Under the pieces are notes generated by a model. The model saw only the letters and a program-made list of their open reading frames with translations, made no database searches and had not been told where the DNA came from. From the UHGV virus genome UHGV-0287696: 64,000 nucleotides of DNA; one strand, given 5' to 3'. Made by a program: the position numbers and the translations under genes. This DNA comes from a virus. How positions within the stretch are numbered: the first letter of the stretch is position 1; each line of letters opens with the position of its first letter. This document shows positions 1 through 9,704 of this stretch, in pieces.

Positions 1-85
1 AAACACGTCCATTAAACGCACCACGAAGAATGTGTGTTTTATCACTAACGCCGCAACGCACTAATCAACCTGAAGGAGTATTATC

Positions 86-757
86 ATGCCACCGAAAATT
101 GGTAAAACTGTAATTGAAGAAACTGTAAAGAACGAGACTAAAGTTAACGAAGCACAACCGCCTGTGAAAGTTGAGCTTTTACCCTGCGTTAATGAAATAC
201 TCGGGGTGAAATTCTTAACTTTTAGCCCGTATACTGACCTGGTTTTCGAACTTTATCAAGACCAGCCTTTCAACTTATTCACACTTGTCTGCACTTATAA
301 TGGTGATGTTTTGGCGGTTGCACCTGGTCTCAATAGAGACAAATTACTTACAGGCACGGTTATTACTGAAATTCTTCTGCGGTTAATGCATAAGTTTGAA
401 GGGCCTGAACTTGACAAAATCGCTGTTAAGTTAGCGGACTTGCTAATCAATGCCGCCACCTGGTTGTGTTTTAACCCTTCTATCTATTTCCATTTCAGTA
501 CAAATATTCTTCACGCCGTAACAGACGACGGTAAAAAGTATCGCATCTTAATTAAGGGTGGGGTGCAACAACCTTTGTTCTCTAGACAAAACTGCCATAT
601 TAAGTTTTCGCCTGACTTGGTAGAAGTTTACGGCCAGCGAGCAGCGGCTGGCCACTACGACGCCCATCTCAGATTTTTCAATTACCTGTATGAAAAATTA
701 GGGAAAGCTGGCTTGACACCCAATCTTGCTTTTACAAACTCTGCCCCTTCTGCATGA
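86..757 (+). CDS. hypothetical protein
   Basis: 223-aa ORF; AAGGAG Shine-Dalgarno 9 nt upstream of ATG; followed by hairpin plus T-run terminator. Confidence 0.6.
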   Translation: MPPKIGKTVIEETVKNETKVNEAQPPVKVELLPCVNEILGVKFLTFSPYTDLVFELYQDQPFNLFTLVCTYNGDVLAVAPGLNRDKLLTGTVITEILLRLMHKFEGPELDKIAVKLADLLINAATWLCFNPSIYFHFSTNILHAVTDDGKKYRILIKGGVQQPLFSRQNCHIKFSPDLVEVYGQRAAAGHYDAHLRFFNYLYEKLGKAGLTPNLAFTNSAPSA

Positions 758-769
758 TGTTTAATAATT

Positions 770-799
770 GGGGAACTTCGGTTCCCCTTTCTTTTTTGT
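770..799 (+). terminator. rho-independent terminator
   Basis: inverted repeat ggggaac/gttcccc followed by T-run. Confidence 0.6.
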
Positions 800-851
800 T
801 TTTACAACTTTAGCGTATTGTTTTGAGACGACCTTTTAAGGAGTAATTAAC

Positions 852-1850
852 ATGGCTTTTATGAAGATTATAAAACATACCGCCACGGATTTAACAGTAG
901 GTCGGTTAGCACGTAGAGATATTCGCAATCCTCAACTTCAGACATGTTTATCGGGCCCTAACGGTGCTGTGATTCGTGAGGCGTTGTGCAATAGTGAACT
1001 GAATACGTTCTCTTTACAAAAAGGAAAAACAATCCAAGGGTTTATCATCACAAAACACATTTACGGCGACCCAACGTTACACTGCTTGTATATGCATGAA
1101 ATTGTACCGGGTTGTTTGAACAAACTGAACCTGTTACTGGTACTCGACTATACCGGTTTTACGTATCTTAATCGAATCGCCAGTGGTGTAGAAGAAATCG
1201 CTGAGCTTAATGACTTAGGATTTAGACACACCCACACTACGTATCGTTTAGGTACACGCTCGTTATTGGATATCGCTCTACCAACAAACGTGAAGAACAT
1301 CTCCGGCGATTTTTATAAAGAGCTAACCGCTGCACAACGTGAACAGCTTATGTTGCTTTTGGGTACGAGTGTCGTTGAAAACATCAACGGTGACCCTGTA
1401 GGTCGCACACGACAAATCATGCCACAAGTCGAAACGTTGGTGGAGTTAGTACGTCATGTCAACCACCACACCTACGTTTGGATGGATGGCAATGATATTG
1501 TGGGCGCGGTGCAAGTTAAATTGCGTAATCTTAACGAGTGTGAATTAAAAGCCATTGCGGTAAGTGAGACACATCGGGGTCGTGGTATCGGACGGACTTT
1601 ATTGTATCGTGCTCTACAAATTGCATCGACAACAGCGGCACCATTAGAGATAGGGTGTTTCAATAACAACCCTGCATTCAGGCACCTGGCCGTCGAATTA
1701 TTTAAATTTCGCCCCTACGAATACGAACTTGTTTTAGTGCGTGACGAAAACGTCGTCAGTTGGGAGCGTCAGAAAAATCATGTCAGATTGGTGTTAGTCG
1801 ACGAAGTGTCATCGTTACAAGGCGGATATAATGCGGAAACCGATAATTAA
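852..1850 (+). CDS. hypothetical protein with C-terminal GNAT-like acetyltransferase motif
   Basis: 332-aa ORF; AAGGAG Shine-Dalgarno; C-terminal HRGRGIGRTLL fits the GNAT (R/Q)xxGxG acetyl-CoA motif; 3' end overlaps the next gene. Confidence 0.45.
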   Translation: MAFMKIIKHTATDLTVGRLARRDIRNPQLQTCLSGPNGAVIREALCNSELNTFSLQKGKTIQGFIITKHIYGDPTLHCLYMHEIVPGCLNKLNLLLVLDYTGFTYLNRIASGVEEIAELNDLGFRHTHTTYRLGTRSLLDIALPTNVKNISGDFYKELTAAQREQLMLLLGTSVVENINGDPVGRTRQIMPQVETLVELVRHVNHHTYVWMDGNDIVGAVQVKLRNLNECELKAIAVSETHRGRGIGRTLLYRALQIASTTAAPLEIGCFNNNPAFRHLAVELFKFRPYEYELVLVRDENVVSWERQKNHVRLVLVDEVSSLQGGYNAETDN

Positions 1851-2646
1851 ATGGATGGGTGGGAAAACACGCGTTTTGGGTGAATTACAAAAGGTCTTAC
1901 CTAAACGTACAACCTTTGTAGAACCGTTTGTGGGCGCAGGGTCTGTTTTCCTAAATACGAATTACAGCCGGTATATTCTATCGGATTCTAACCCCGATTT
2001 GATACGCTTACTTTGTGTTGCGCGTGAACAGCCTGAAGAACTGATCGCTGCGTCGCAACCGTTGTTCTTAGACGGTAATACCACTGTAAAGTATATGGAA
2101 CGTCGTGAACTGTTTAATAGCGGTAAAACGATGTCCGAAGTTGAACGTGCTGCAATGTTTTTATACTTAATGCGTCACGGCTATAACGGGATGTGTCGCT
2201 ATAACAGTAGTGGTGGATTCAATGTTCCGTTTGGACGTTACCCGAATGGCGTTTATTATCCATTAGAAGAAATTCGGGATTGGGCTAAACGTTGCGCAGA
2301 AGTTGAGTATCTGGAAATTGTTTGTGAGGACTTTCGTTCTGTATTAGCACGGACACCTGAAGATGCCGTGATTTATGCTGATCCTCCTTATATTCCGTTA
2401 TCGGATACCGCGAAACACGCTCAATATCACCGTAAAGAATTCTCACAAACGGATCATCGGGAATTAGCCAAGTTACTACAGCAGCAGGTGGAACGTGGCA
2501 ACAGCGTCGTGCTGTCAAATGCAGACACCCTACTCACCCGAGAAATTTATTACGGTTTTGAGTGGCGCAGTATTGAGGTTGGTCGCTATATGGGTGCGTC
2601 TGGTGCCGCTCGGAAAACAGTGACTGAATTACTGGGAGTGCTCTAA
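1831..2646 (+). CDS. dam: DNA adenine methyltransferase (Dam-like, N6-adenine)
   Basis: KWMGGK, EPFVGAGSVFLNT (AdoMet binding), YNGMCRYN and DPPY catalytic motifs collinear with E. coli Dam; 271 aa. Confidence 0.9.
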   Translation: MRKPIIKWMGGKTRVLGELQKVLPKRTTFVEPFVGAGSVFLNTNYSRYILSDSNPDLIRLLCVAREQPEELIAASQPLFLDGNTTVKYMERRELFNSGKTMSEVERAAMFLYLMRHGYNGMCRYNSSGGFNVPFGRYPNGVYYPLEEIRDWAKRCAEVEYLEIVCEDFRSVLARTPEDAVIYADPPYIPLSDTAKHAQYHRKEFSQTDHRELAKLLQQQVERGNSVVLSNADTLLTREIYYGFEWRSIEVGRYMGASGAARKTVTELLGVL

Positions 2647-3419
2647 TGCGCATAGTGGATATCCACGATTATCGTAATGACCATTTAGCAATCGGTGTGG
2701 ATGGCAAAATGGTTTCGCTAACCCGTGTACGGAAAGGGTTACTGGAAAAGGACGTCATTCGCGAATCTGAAGATCCGACCTTTATCATTCTTTCGAACAC
2801 GAATCAGCTACAAGGAATCTTCTCCGGCCGTACCGATGGTAAGTTTTTCTACATGTCGGCAATCGTTATGGTTGAGAAGAAGAAAATTAATTTCGCACAA
2901 CTCAAACGGTTGTTAAATGTGGAGGTGTTTGATATCACCTACCCTGCCAACGACCTAAAACGTCGTGATCAGTTAATGATGTTTTTGGGTATGCAGCCGA
3001 CGTCTATCGACTATGACCTGACGTTTACTGAAGAACCCGAAGTTTGCACCGATTTACCTGATGTAGTTGACATTGAATCTCTAACGTTAGAAGAAACGTT
3101 TACGATTCCTAAGGTGGCTAATGTCAGTTTGGATACGTACTGCCTGGGTTTGTTAGCGATTGGGGCTGCCGAAGGGCTGTGCTGCCGTAAAGATGGTAAA
3201 GTTGAAGGTATCTTAGTCTATTCGAAAATCAACGAAAAGACGTTTGCCACCGAAGGTTTCTTCTATAACGATTGTACTTACGGGAATGCACTCTTAACCA
3301 CATACTGCCGTATTGCGTATTTAAAGGGGGCAACCGTGCGTCTTACTTTTCCATATTCAGCACCTCCAGCGATGTCTGGTGTTGAAGCAGAAGCATTAAC
3401 TGGCCATTTTATCTTTTAA
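2646..3419 (+). CDS. hypothetical protein
   Basis: 257-aa ORF whose ATG overlaps the dam stop (ATGA-type coupling). Confidence 0.55.
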   Translation: MRIVDIHDYRNDHLAIGVDGKMVSLTRVRKGLLEKDVIRESEDPTFIILSNTNQLQGIFSGRTDGKFFYMSAIVMVEKKKINFAQLKRLLNVEVFDITYPANDLKRRDQLMMFLGMQPTSIDYDLTFTEEPEVCTDLPDVVDIESLTLEETFTIPKVANVSLDTYCLGLLAIGAAEGLCCRKDGKVEGILVYSKINEKTFATEGFFYNDCTYGNALLTTYCRIAYLKGATVRLTFPYSAPPAMSGVEAEALTGHFIF

Positions 3420-3428
3420 GGACATTGA

Positions 3429-3656
3429 ATGGAAATCAAACGTATTGTAACCAAAGACAAAAAGATTACTTACGTCGCAGGTGATAACGAATTCTCGGCG
3501 GTTATTAATACTGAGAACGTGCTGATTATCGGTTATCCAGGTAAAGTCATTACTCGTAGCCATCAGCGCGTGATTGACAAGCTCATCGCCAAAGCAAAAG
3601 CGCGTGACGGTGTTGGTTCAGTAGAAACCCATACCGGGTTAACGTTGGCACTCTAA
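3429..3656 (+). CDS. hypothetical protein
   Basis: 75-aa ORF tightly packed after the previous gene. Confidence 0.45.
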   Translation: MEIKRIVTKDKKITYVAGDNEFSAVINTENVLIIGYPGKVITRSHQRVIDKLIAKAKARDGVGSVETHTGLTLAL

Positions 3657-3694
3657 CCAGCAGGTAATATGACCTCTTAACTGGAGACTTAGAG

Positions 3695-4201
3695 ATGAAA
3701 GAGACTCTGGATTTTAATCAGCTTGAGCAGCACGATTTTGATCTCGGTGTTCGCGACTTAGAAGCTGACTATGAAACGCGTTGTAAAGAATTCTTTAATC
3801 GCTACGGGCAATTGATTACCGGGGCATCTGAAGACACCGAATTCTCGTTAGACGATTTCGAAAAGATTCTATCTTGCTTTATCACCGACAGCTTAGCGAA
3901 ACAGGCGTTGCTGGTAGAACAGAACCTGCAAATGGTGGAGCCTACGGATGCTCACGCCGTGCTAAAAGAATCCATTATTCCGAACGACGAAATTATGGAT
4001 GCGGTAGCAGGTATTCGTGGTACGTTCGACAGCGCTGTGGAAGACTATACCGAGCAGCTTCGTGAGTCTGGGCTAACGTTGTGTGCACCTGCGGGCGAAC
4101 AGTTACCTTCTGAAGAAGAAACGGAAGAAGCACGCAGTCGTTTAGCGCGTTATGTGATTACTTCGATTTTAGTAGACGATCGCGAAGAAAACGTACTGTA
4201 A
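3695..4201 (+). CDS. hypothetical acidic protein
   Basis: 168-aa ORF; GGAGA upstream of ATG; followed by a terminator. Confidence 0.55.
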   Translation: MKETLDFNQLEQHDFDLGVRDLEADYETRCKEFFNRYGQLITGASEDTEFSLDDFEKILSCFITDSLAKQALLVEQNLQMVEPTDAHAVLKESIIPNDEIMDAVAGIRGTFDSAVEDYTEQLRESGLTLCAPAGEQLPSEEETEEARSRLARYVITSILVDDREENVL

Positions 4202-4206
4202 ACTTA

Positions 4207-4243
4207 CCCTCTCTCCGTTTGGAGAGAGGGAGTATTTATTTTT
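4207..4243 (+). terminator. rho-independent terminator
   Basis: hairpin ccctctctcc-gttt-ggagagaggg followed by T-run. Confidence 0.75.
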
Positions 4244-4299
4244 ACGCTTTCGTGTCTAATTATGCACACGTAAACAAAATTAATTGAGGAACAGCTTAA

Positions 4300-4635
4300 A
4301 TGTGGTTAAGTGCGATTCACCGTGATTTACCAAAACAAGAAATGGTATTTACCGTTGGGGAACCAGCAACTGTAGTAGGTGTTGCTAAGTTCGAAAGGGT
4401 GGAAGAAGGTCAATTCGTCGTAGTAGACGACAACGAGAACGAATTCATGTTGTTCCACCCTGAGGTCGATACCTCTGAAATCTGTGAGGGTTCTCTTTTG
4501 TTGTCCTGGCAAGATCCTGAAACCGGTGCATGGAAGTGGCGTGTCGCTAAACCGACGCTTGAAACAGAATCTGCATACGTGACTGAACACGTATACGTGT
4601 TTGGGGAAACTTATGTCGAGCCAAAACCACACTAA
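4300..4635 (+). CDS. hypothetical protein
   Basis: 111-aa ORF; GAGGA Shine-Dalgarno. Confidence 0.5.
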   Translation: MWLSAIHRDLPKQEMVFTVGEPATVVGVAKFERVEEGQFVVVDDNENEFMLFHPEVDTSEICEGSLLLSWQDPETGAWKWRVAKPTLETESAYVTEHVYVFGETYVEPKPH

Positions 4636-4921
4636 TACCGATGAAACGAATTTACAGCGCTTGCAACGGGCACTAACTGCACCGCTAGGCGGTGAGATTC
4701 ACGAACGTTGGGTAATTGCGAGGGTGGTAGAAATTGACTATTCTCAGGATCAGTTACTGTTAAACAACTGCTCGACGAACGTGTCTTTCACGTTACCGCG
4801 CGCTGTATTCCGTCTTACGCCCAACGTTGATGAAATACTGACTATTGACAGGAAACTTCTGTCGATAGAACTACAGCATTTCCCGCTACCTGGTAAGTCG
4901 GTTAACATCGCGCTATACTGA
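4613..4921 (+). CDS. hypothetical protein
   Basis: ORF track frame 4601..4921; in-frame ATG at 4613 preceded by GGGGA chosen as start (TTG at 4601 is the alternative). Confidence 0.4.
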   Translation: MSSQNHTNTDETNLQRLQRALTAPLGGEIHERWVIARVVEIDYSQDQLLLNNCSTNVSFTLPRAVFRLTPNVDEILTIDRKLLSIELQHFPLPGKSVNIALY

Positions 4922-4936
4922 TAATTGTCTAAAAAA

Positions 4937-4976
4937 TTTAAGATATATTTCATCTATGTGAGAATTCTCACTTAAC
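4937..4976 (+). promoter_or_regulatory. promoter-like box (divergent copy) with leader hairpin
   Basis: tttaagatatatttcatc...gtgagaattctcac-ttaactaaa; related to the AGATATAT boxes at 18790, 22591, 54647 and 58936; sits about 20 nt upstream of the ATG at 4995. Confidence 0.35.
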
Positions 4977-4994
4977 TAAATGGAGTAATCTAAA

Positions 4995-5264
4995 ATGGGT
5001 AAGATTTATATTGTTGAAAAACGTGCAGGTAATGTTCTTTCCTATTACGAAGAAGGTAAACCTGAAAAGGTTAAAACACTCAAACTCGACGGCTTCAATG
5101 TGAAGAGTTTACGTAAGGGTGTGAAGATTACCTTTAAAGGTCTGATTCGCGCAGGTAACTTGCAGATTGTTAAGGACGACGGCACGATGGTTGCGTTAGC
5201 ACCGGCCAGTGCTGCGAAAACGACAGCAGGTTGTGGCTGCTACGGTAGCAGTCGTAAGATTTAA
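4995..5264 (+). CDS. hypothetical protein
   Basis: 89-aa ORF downstream of the promoter-like box; terminator immediately after. Confidence 0.5.
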   Translation: MGKIYIVEKRAGNVLSYYEEGKPEKVKTLKLDGFNVKSLRKGVKITFKGLIRAGNLQIVKDDGTMVALAPASAAKTTAGCGCYGSSRKI

Positions 5265-5270
5265 GCAGTG

Positions 5271-5308
5271 CCCCTCTCTCCGTCTGGAGAGAGGGTACTT
5301 TTATTTTT
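5271..5308 (+). terminator. rho-independent terminator
   Basis: hairpin cccctctctcc-gtct-ggagagaggg plus T-run; near-copy of the terminator at 4207. Confidence 0.75.
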
Positions 5309-5322
5309 CTTCGAGGTGCGTG

Positions 5323-5811
5323 ATGACAACGGTATTAGTAACAAAGGATTACATTTTAGCTGACCGACTTGTGGATTATGCTGGTACGGTTAAAGAATTG
5401 CCCAAACTGCATAAACACAAAAACAAGTTTGTTTTCTACACGGGTGAACGTGTACTGGACACCGAGTTTTGGAAAATGTCGATTACCGCTGCTATAGAAA
5501 AATATTTAGACGAGGATAAACGTAAGAAAGTTGAGCCCCTGTTTGCAGATCTTATCGAAAAAGAGCGAATATACGATCAAATCGTCATTTTTACGGCTAG
5601 AGAAACACATTGGTTGACGTTAGTAGCAGATAAGTTTAAAACGTTTGTAATAAATAAAAATGCGGTTTGGACAACGGGTTCTGGTGGCGGCTTTGCGCGG
5701 GCTGCTTGGGCAACTGGAATATCAGAAAAGAAAATTATGCCATTGGTAGGTTCTATTGATCCATCTAGCTCGACCACCTATGACTTATTTTACAGGAAGC
5801 ACTTACGATGA
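5323..5811 (+). CDS. hypothetical protein
   Basis: ORF track frame 5209..5811 begins inside the preceding gene and terminator; first ATG after the terminator is 5323 with GAGG upstream. Confidence 0.5.
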   Translation: MTTVLVTKDYILADRLVDYAGTVKELPKLHKHKNKFVFYTGERVLDTEFWKMSITAAIEKYLDEDKRKKVEPLFADLIEKERIYDQIVIFTARETHWLTLVADKFKTFVINKNAVWTTGSGGGFARAAWATGISEKKIMPLVGSIDPSSSTTYDLFYRKHLR

Positions 5812-6329
5812 AGATAAACGCTGTCTTAATTGGCGATGAAATATTCGTTAATACAAAAACACAATATCTGTATTACGAAGGTATTACTGTAATAGACGAT
5901 TATTACGGTAAGTACGGTTGGTGGATTCCGTCCCCTAACTCCTTACGATTAGAAGAAGCATTAACTGCTGAAGAGAACAAACTAGAAGGAGAGTGGACTT
6001 ATATTAGTTCTATAATTGATGTTAGTGGACGTATTAAAGACGTCTACTGGGCTAAAGAGTCAGGGTGGCGTGTTACGCTACACCAACCAACACCAGTAAG
6101 ATTGTTGTACGACCATTCGGATAGTTCAGAGTTAGCGTTTACCATTGAGACGCTCTCGGTACGTAAGGATCTAGACAACGTAGGGAAAGGGAAGTGGTCT
6201 ATTGAGCGCATTGAGGAGATTCTCAGCCACTTTAAAGCTAACAACCAATTTAAACGTTGGTGCACATTACCTGAGTTAGTAGAGGAGTTGAAAAAGCGGG
6301 ATTGCAAACCGCTACCTTTTAACCCGTAG
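5808..6329 (+). CDS. hypothetical protein
   Basis: 173-aa ORF; ATGA start/stop overlap with the upstream gene. Confidence 0.5.
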   Translation: MKINAVLIGDEIFVNTKTQYLYYEGITVIDDYYGKYGWWIPSPNSLRLEEALTAEENKLEGEWTYISSIIDVSGRIKDVYWAKESGWRVTLHQPTPVRLLYDHSDSSELAFTIETLSVRKDLDNVGKGKWSIERIEEILSHFKANNQFKRWCTLPELVEELKKRDCKPLPFNP

Positions 6330-6375
6330 TCTTTTTTACAACTGCGGCTATTTTAATGATTAGGAGAATATAGAG

Positions 6376-6771
6376 ATGACCGCAATAATAGGTATAATGT
6401 CAAGAAAAGCTGATGTCATTAAGACATTTATCGACCAATATAACAACTCACCGTATACGCGTCTTAGATTGCGTAAACCCCAGAATAGCACCGAATGGGT
6501 TCGCTGGTTTAATATTTGGGATAAAACAATAAGTAAAATCAATCCGTTATTCAGAATTAGGATTGAGCCTGCTTATTGGATTGTAATGGAAATATCGCTA
6601 TTACGTATTCTCGAAAAACGTCCTATAGACGTAAAGACGATGTTTGGGGTAGATACGTATAAAATGTTGAACAATGGTTTTGTGGGTAATGGGGAACACA
6701 CATTGTATCAAGCGATGTTGGAAATGTGTTTGTTCGATTTAGTTACTTACGAATTGGGGATTTCAAAATGA
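6376..6771 (+). CDS. hypothetical protein
   Basis: 131-aa ORF; GGAGAA Shine-Dalgarno. Confidence 0.5.
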   Translation: MTAIIGIMSRKADVIKTFIDQYNNSPYTRLRLRKPQNSTEWVRWFNIWDKTISKINPLFRIRIEPAYWIVMEISLLRILEKRPIDVKTMFGVDTYKMLNNGFVGNGEHTLYQAMLEMCLFDLVTYELGISK

Positions 6772-7232
6772 ATTACTTCGAATCTAAAGAAATTGTTGAG
6801 TTGTTTAAACAGCGTGAGAAAACTGCTTTCCGTGACTTGTACGATTCTGATTATCGCCCACTGTTTGCGGTATTAATGCGACTGGATAAAGAACCCGAAG
6901 TCGCGTTAGCAGAGGTACAGCACCACCACGTCAGTTTCGTATTAACCGAAAACATGAGTCGGTGGGTAGATGGTATGCTGATCCGTATTGGGCTCTTGGA
7001 AACGCCGCATCGTTGGGAAGTGGTTATTCAGAAATCACTATTCCCACGGGAAGACATTTTCAACAAATATCGTCCGAAGCAGTATTACAATCACGACGGG
7101 TCACCAAAACGTCCTTTCCTGGCACCCCAACATTTTGTAACCTACGTAACACTACGTTATAAAGACACTGTGGTGCCGTTTGACACCTATCTGGAAATGC
7201 GTGAGATAATTTTAGGGAAGAATCCAACATGA
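6768..7232 (+). CDS. hypothetical protein
   Basis: ORF track frame 6726..7232; internal ATG at 6768 overlaps the upstream stop (ATGA) and is the likelier start. Confidence 0.45.
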   Translation: MNYFESKEIVELFKQREKTAFRDLYDSDYRPLFAVLMRLDKEPEVALAEVQHHHVSFVLTENMSRWVDGMLIRIGLLETPHRWEVVIQKSLFPREDIFNKYRPKQYYNHDGSPKRPFLAPQHFVTYVTLRYKDTVVPFDTYLEMREIILGKNPT

Positions 7233-7711
7233 ATCAATTTTCTGTTGATGCAGAAAGACTAGCGTCATTTAAAGAGCGTAGTCAGTTTGCAGTTAAAAAC
7301 GGCTATATTGAAAAAGGTGTTCGTGACACCTGCAAGCTAATCAACGACCATCCACACTTGGCGACAATGTGGAGTTGTGAAGGTCACGGTATGTATTCTA
7401 AGTCACCTGGAAATCTGCATATCGTTTTTGCAACAGACGCTATTGGAAGTCAGATTCCAATGCAGGTTATGACTGAACTTGCAAAATCGGATTTACCGAA
7501 TTTCTGGAATCTTAGTTTGTGTCGTCTTTATATACCAGATGCATACACGGATTTGGTATATCTTGAACCTGATTACGGGTTAAATACCGACGACACTTCT
7601 TACTGGTCTTGGAAAATTGGATACATGTGCTTGATTAATCGTCCCGCGTTAATTGAGACACGTCAAGCTCTTTACAAAGCATTTCATACAGTATTAGTTG
7701 AGAATAAATAA
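7229..7711 (+). CDS. hypothetical protein
   Basis: 160-aa ORF; ATGA overlap coupling. Confidence 0.5.
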   Translation: MNQFSVDAERLASFKERSQFAVKNGYIEKGVRDTCKLINDHPHLATMWSCEGHGMYSKSPGNLHIVFATDAIGSQIPMQVMTELAKSDLPNFWNLSLCRLYIPDAYTDLVYLEPDYGLNTDDTSYWSWKIGYMCLINRPALIETRQALYKAFHTVLVENK

Positions 7712-8403
7712 TGGCTACCAAACAAAAGAAACCGCGTAACAAAAAGTATAATCCGAAAGCCGCTGCTAACCGTACTGCGCACACCATTGCTGAAAATGCG
7801 CTAAACCGCATTACTTTCGTTGGTAGCTCTATTCGTCCTATCGGTCCGTACGCGGGCCGTGGTTTCCAGTTTACAACGTCACCGCGTATGCGCATGGCGG
7901 CTACCGATATGTTAATCGGTGGTTTGTTTGACGAGCCACGTAACTGGAAACTGTGGGTTGCGCATCTGTACGAAACAGATAATGGTGTGCAAGCAGAAAC
8001 CATCGTGGCAACGCTTGACGACTACACGTTAAGTGATTTCTGTCAACACGGTGACAAGATCATCAAGTCGCTACGCGAGACGGAAGAAAACTACTTCGGT
8101 TATGCTTTCGTTGCTGCACCTAACGAACGTTATGATTTTGACCAGGGAGAAGAACGCTTACTGGAAAACTTCATGCATTCGGGTCTGTTAGACAAATCCT
8201 TACACTTACCTGAAGAAGAACTGATGGTTACACGTAAGGACATGGTAACGTTGCTGTTAGCTGATCGTGGTCGTTTTGATATTACCGAATCACATGTACG
8301 TAAAGTACAGAAACTTGTGGATAAGGTAGACGAAACTGACCTGGACACTAACGAAGTCGCAACCCGTATCCAATCGGTAGTGAATCAGGAAGAGGATTAC
8401 TAA
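7711..8403 (+). CDS. hypothetical protein with basic N-terminus
   Basis: 230-aa ORF; Lys/Arg-rich N-terminus (KQKKPRNKKYNPK); coupled start. Confidence 0.5.
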   Translation: MATKQKKPRNKKYNPKAAANRTAHTIAENALNRITFVGSSIRPIGPYAGRGFQFTTSPRMRMAATDMLIGGLFDEPRNWKLWVAHLYETDNGVQAETIVATLDDYTLSDFCQHGDKIIKSLRETEENYFGYAFVAAPNERYDFDQGEERLLENFMHSGLLDKSLHLPEEELMVTRKDMVTLLLADRGRFDITESHVRKVQKLVDKVDETDLDTNEVATRIQSVVNQEEDY

Positions 8404-8405
8404 GC

Positions 8406-8927
8406 GTGATAGCGCGACTTGCGAGTTGGTTTAAGCAACGTCGGGCAAAGGCGGTCGAATGGCCGCCTATTACGCACGATGAAAAGGTGGTTGCTTTTCT
8501 GAATTATAACAAAGACTTGAAAAGATTAGGCGAGTTAATGCGCTTAACGGAACGTCAGGTTTTTGCTAAGATTTCAAGCAGCGCGTTACGTAAAGAAGTG
8601 TTCCCACACTTATCCTTTATGGAACAAATCCATGCTGAAAGTGTGGAGAAATTTCTTTCGTTAGTAAATAATGAAACTCCACGTATACGGTACTCGGTTA
8701 CGGATTCATCTGATGCTGTCGGTACGGTCAATTTCGGACGATTGTATCAGAGCATTAAAGACGTGGGCCATATACATGTTAAACGAGTATCAGAAACATC
8801 TGTAGTGATTTATCACCATACTGAGCATGATTTGTTAGGGTGCGTTATAACACTAACAAATTTACATAGTTTTTACGTTGATTTACTTACAGGGTTTTAT
8901 CCAGAACCATGGTGTTTTATACGATGA
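8406..8927 (+). CDS. hypothetical protein
   Basis: 173-aa ORF, GTG start. Confidence 0.4.
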   Translation: MIARLASWFKQRRAKAVEWPPITHDEKVVAFLNYNKDLKRLGELMRLTERQVFAKISSSALRKEVFPHLSFMEQIHAESVEKFLSLVNNETPRIRYSVTDSSDAVGTVNFGRLYQSIKDVGHIHVKRVSETSVVIYHHTEHDLLGCVITLTNLHSFYVDLLTGFYPEPWCFIR

Positions 8928-9133
8928 AAAGAGCTAATGGATACATCATCTCAGCGATTGTTTCAACCGTGCTGGTTGTGACGATGCTGATGTTTTATGT
9001 CCGTGTGTCAGATGACTCGCGCAAAGAAAGTCTTTATCGTGAGTGTATGTCAGGAAAGACCGTAGACGATCCGCGTTACGCCGAATTAGTAATGGCGTGT
9101 ACGGAATACGCTAAACGAATGGGAGATGGATGA
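8909..9133 (+). CDS. small membrane protein
   Basis: 74 aa with one hydrophobic helix (IISAIVSTVLVVTMLMFYV). Confidence 0.4.
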   Translation: MVFYTMKRANGYIISAIVSTVLVVTMLMFYVRVSDDSRKESLYRECMSGKTVDDPRYAELVMACTEYAKRMGDG

Positions 9134-9330
9134 TGAAAATTTGGTTGCCGATTCTAGTTTTTATCCTTATCGCAGGTGCACTAGCAAGTGCTGAGTACGA
9201 TAATCGTGTTCTAGAAACAAAACGTGAATTGTATCAGGATTGTATAAAGGATTACACACCCGGTACAGAGCTTCATGCACAGGCTGTGAAAAGTTGTGCG
9301 TTGATGGCTGAATCGCAGACTCGTTCCTAA
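9130..9330 (+). CDS. small secreted/membrane protein
   Basis: 66 aa; N-terminal hydrophobic segment (MMKIWLPILVFILIAGALASA) resembling a signal peptide. Confidence 0.4.
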   Translation: MMKIWLPILVFILIAGALASAEYDNRVLETKRELYQDCIKDYTPGTELHAQAVKSCALMAESQTRS

Positions 9331-9704
9331 TGCGTATCTGGACGTTACAGCTCGCTAAGTGGCGGTTAGCTAAGCAGAAAGGGTTTCACGCAGTGGATAT
9401 CACTGTGAAGTCAGGGCGAAAGGAACTCGCCCCCGATTGGGATTTCTTGATGGCGTATAAAAACTCTGCAAAGGATGCAGCTGCTGAACGCGAGTACACG
9501 CTAAAGTATTTGTACAAACTCGAACGACTGTTAGATACCGACGCCGAAACTTTAGTGTCGTTACTTAGGCACGAAGATTTGGTTTTGATGTGTTATTGTC
9601 CCGCAGGCAAGTTTTGCCATCGTCATCTACTGGCGAGCAAGCTTCAAGAAGTGGGATTGATGTTCGGTATCGACGTTGAGTTGTGTGGAGAATTAATCGA
9701 ATGA
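9330..9704 (+). CDS. hypothetical protein with Cys/His cluster
   Basis: 124 aa; CYCPAGKFCHRH cluster near the C-terminus. Confidence 0.45.
   Translation: MRIWTLQLAKWRLAKQKGFHAVDITVKSGRKELAPDWDFLMAYKNSAKDAAAEREYTLKYLYKLERLLDTDAETLVSLLRHEDLVLMCYCPAGKFCHRHLLASKLQEVGLMFGIDVELCGELIE

Noticed and set aside
2725-2916. Short overlapping ORFs in alternative frames (for example 2725..2916, 3874..4065, 6962..7162, 22755..22943, 23292..23495)
   Set aside because: Fully nested in longer, better-supported ORFs on the same strand in other frames; no start context
5209-5322. 5' extension of the ORF 5209..5811 as given in the ORF track
   Set aside because: The extension runs through the preceding gene's 3' end and a strong terminator hairpin (5271-5308); the start was moved to the ATG at 5323
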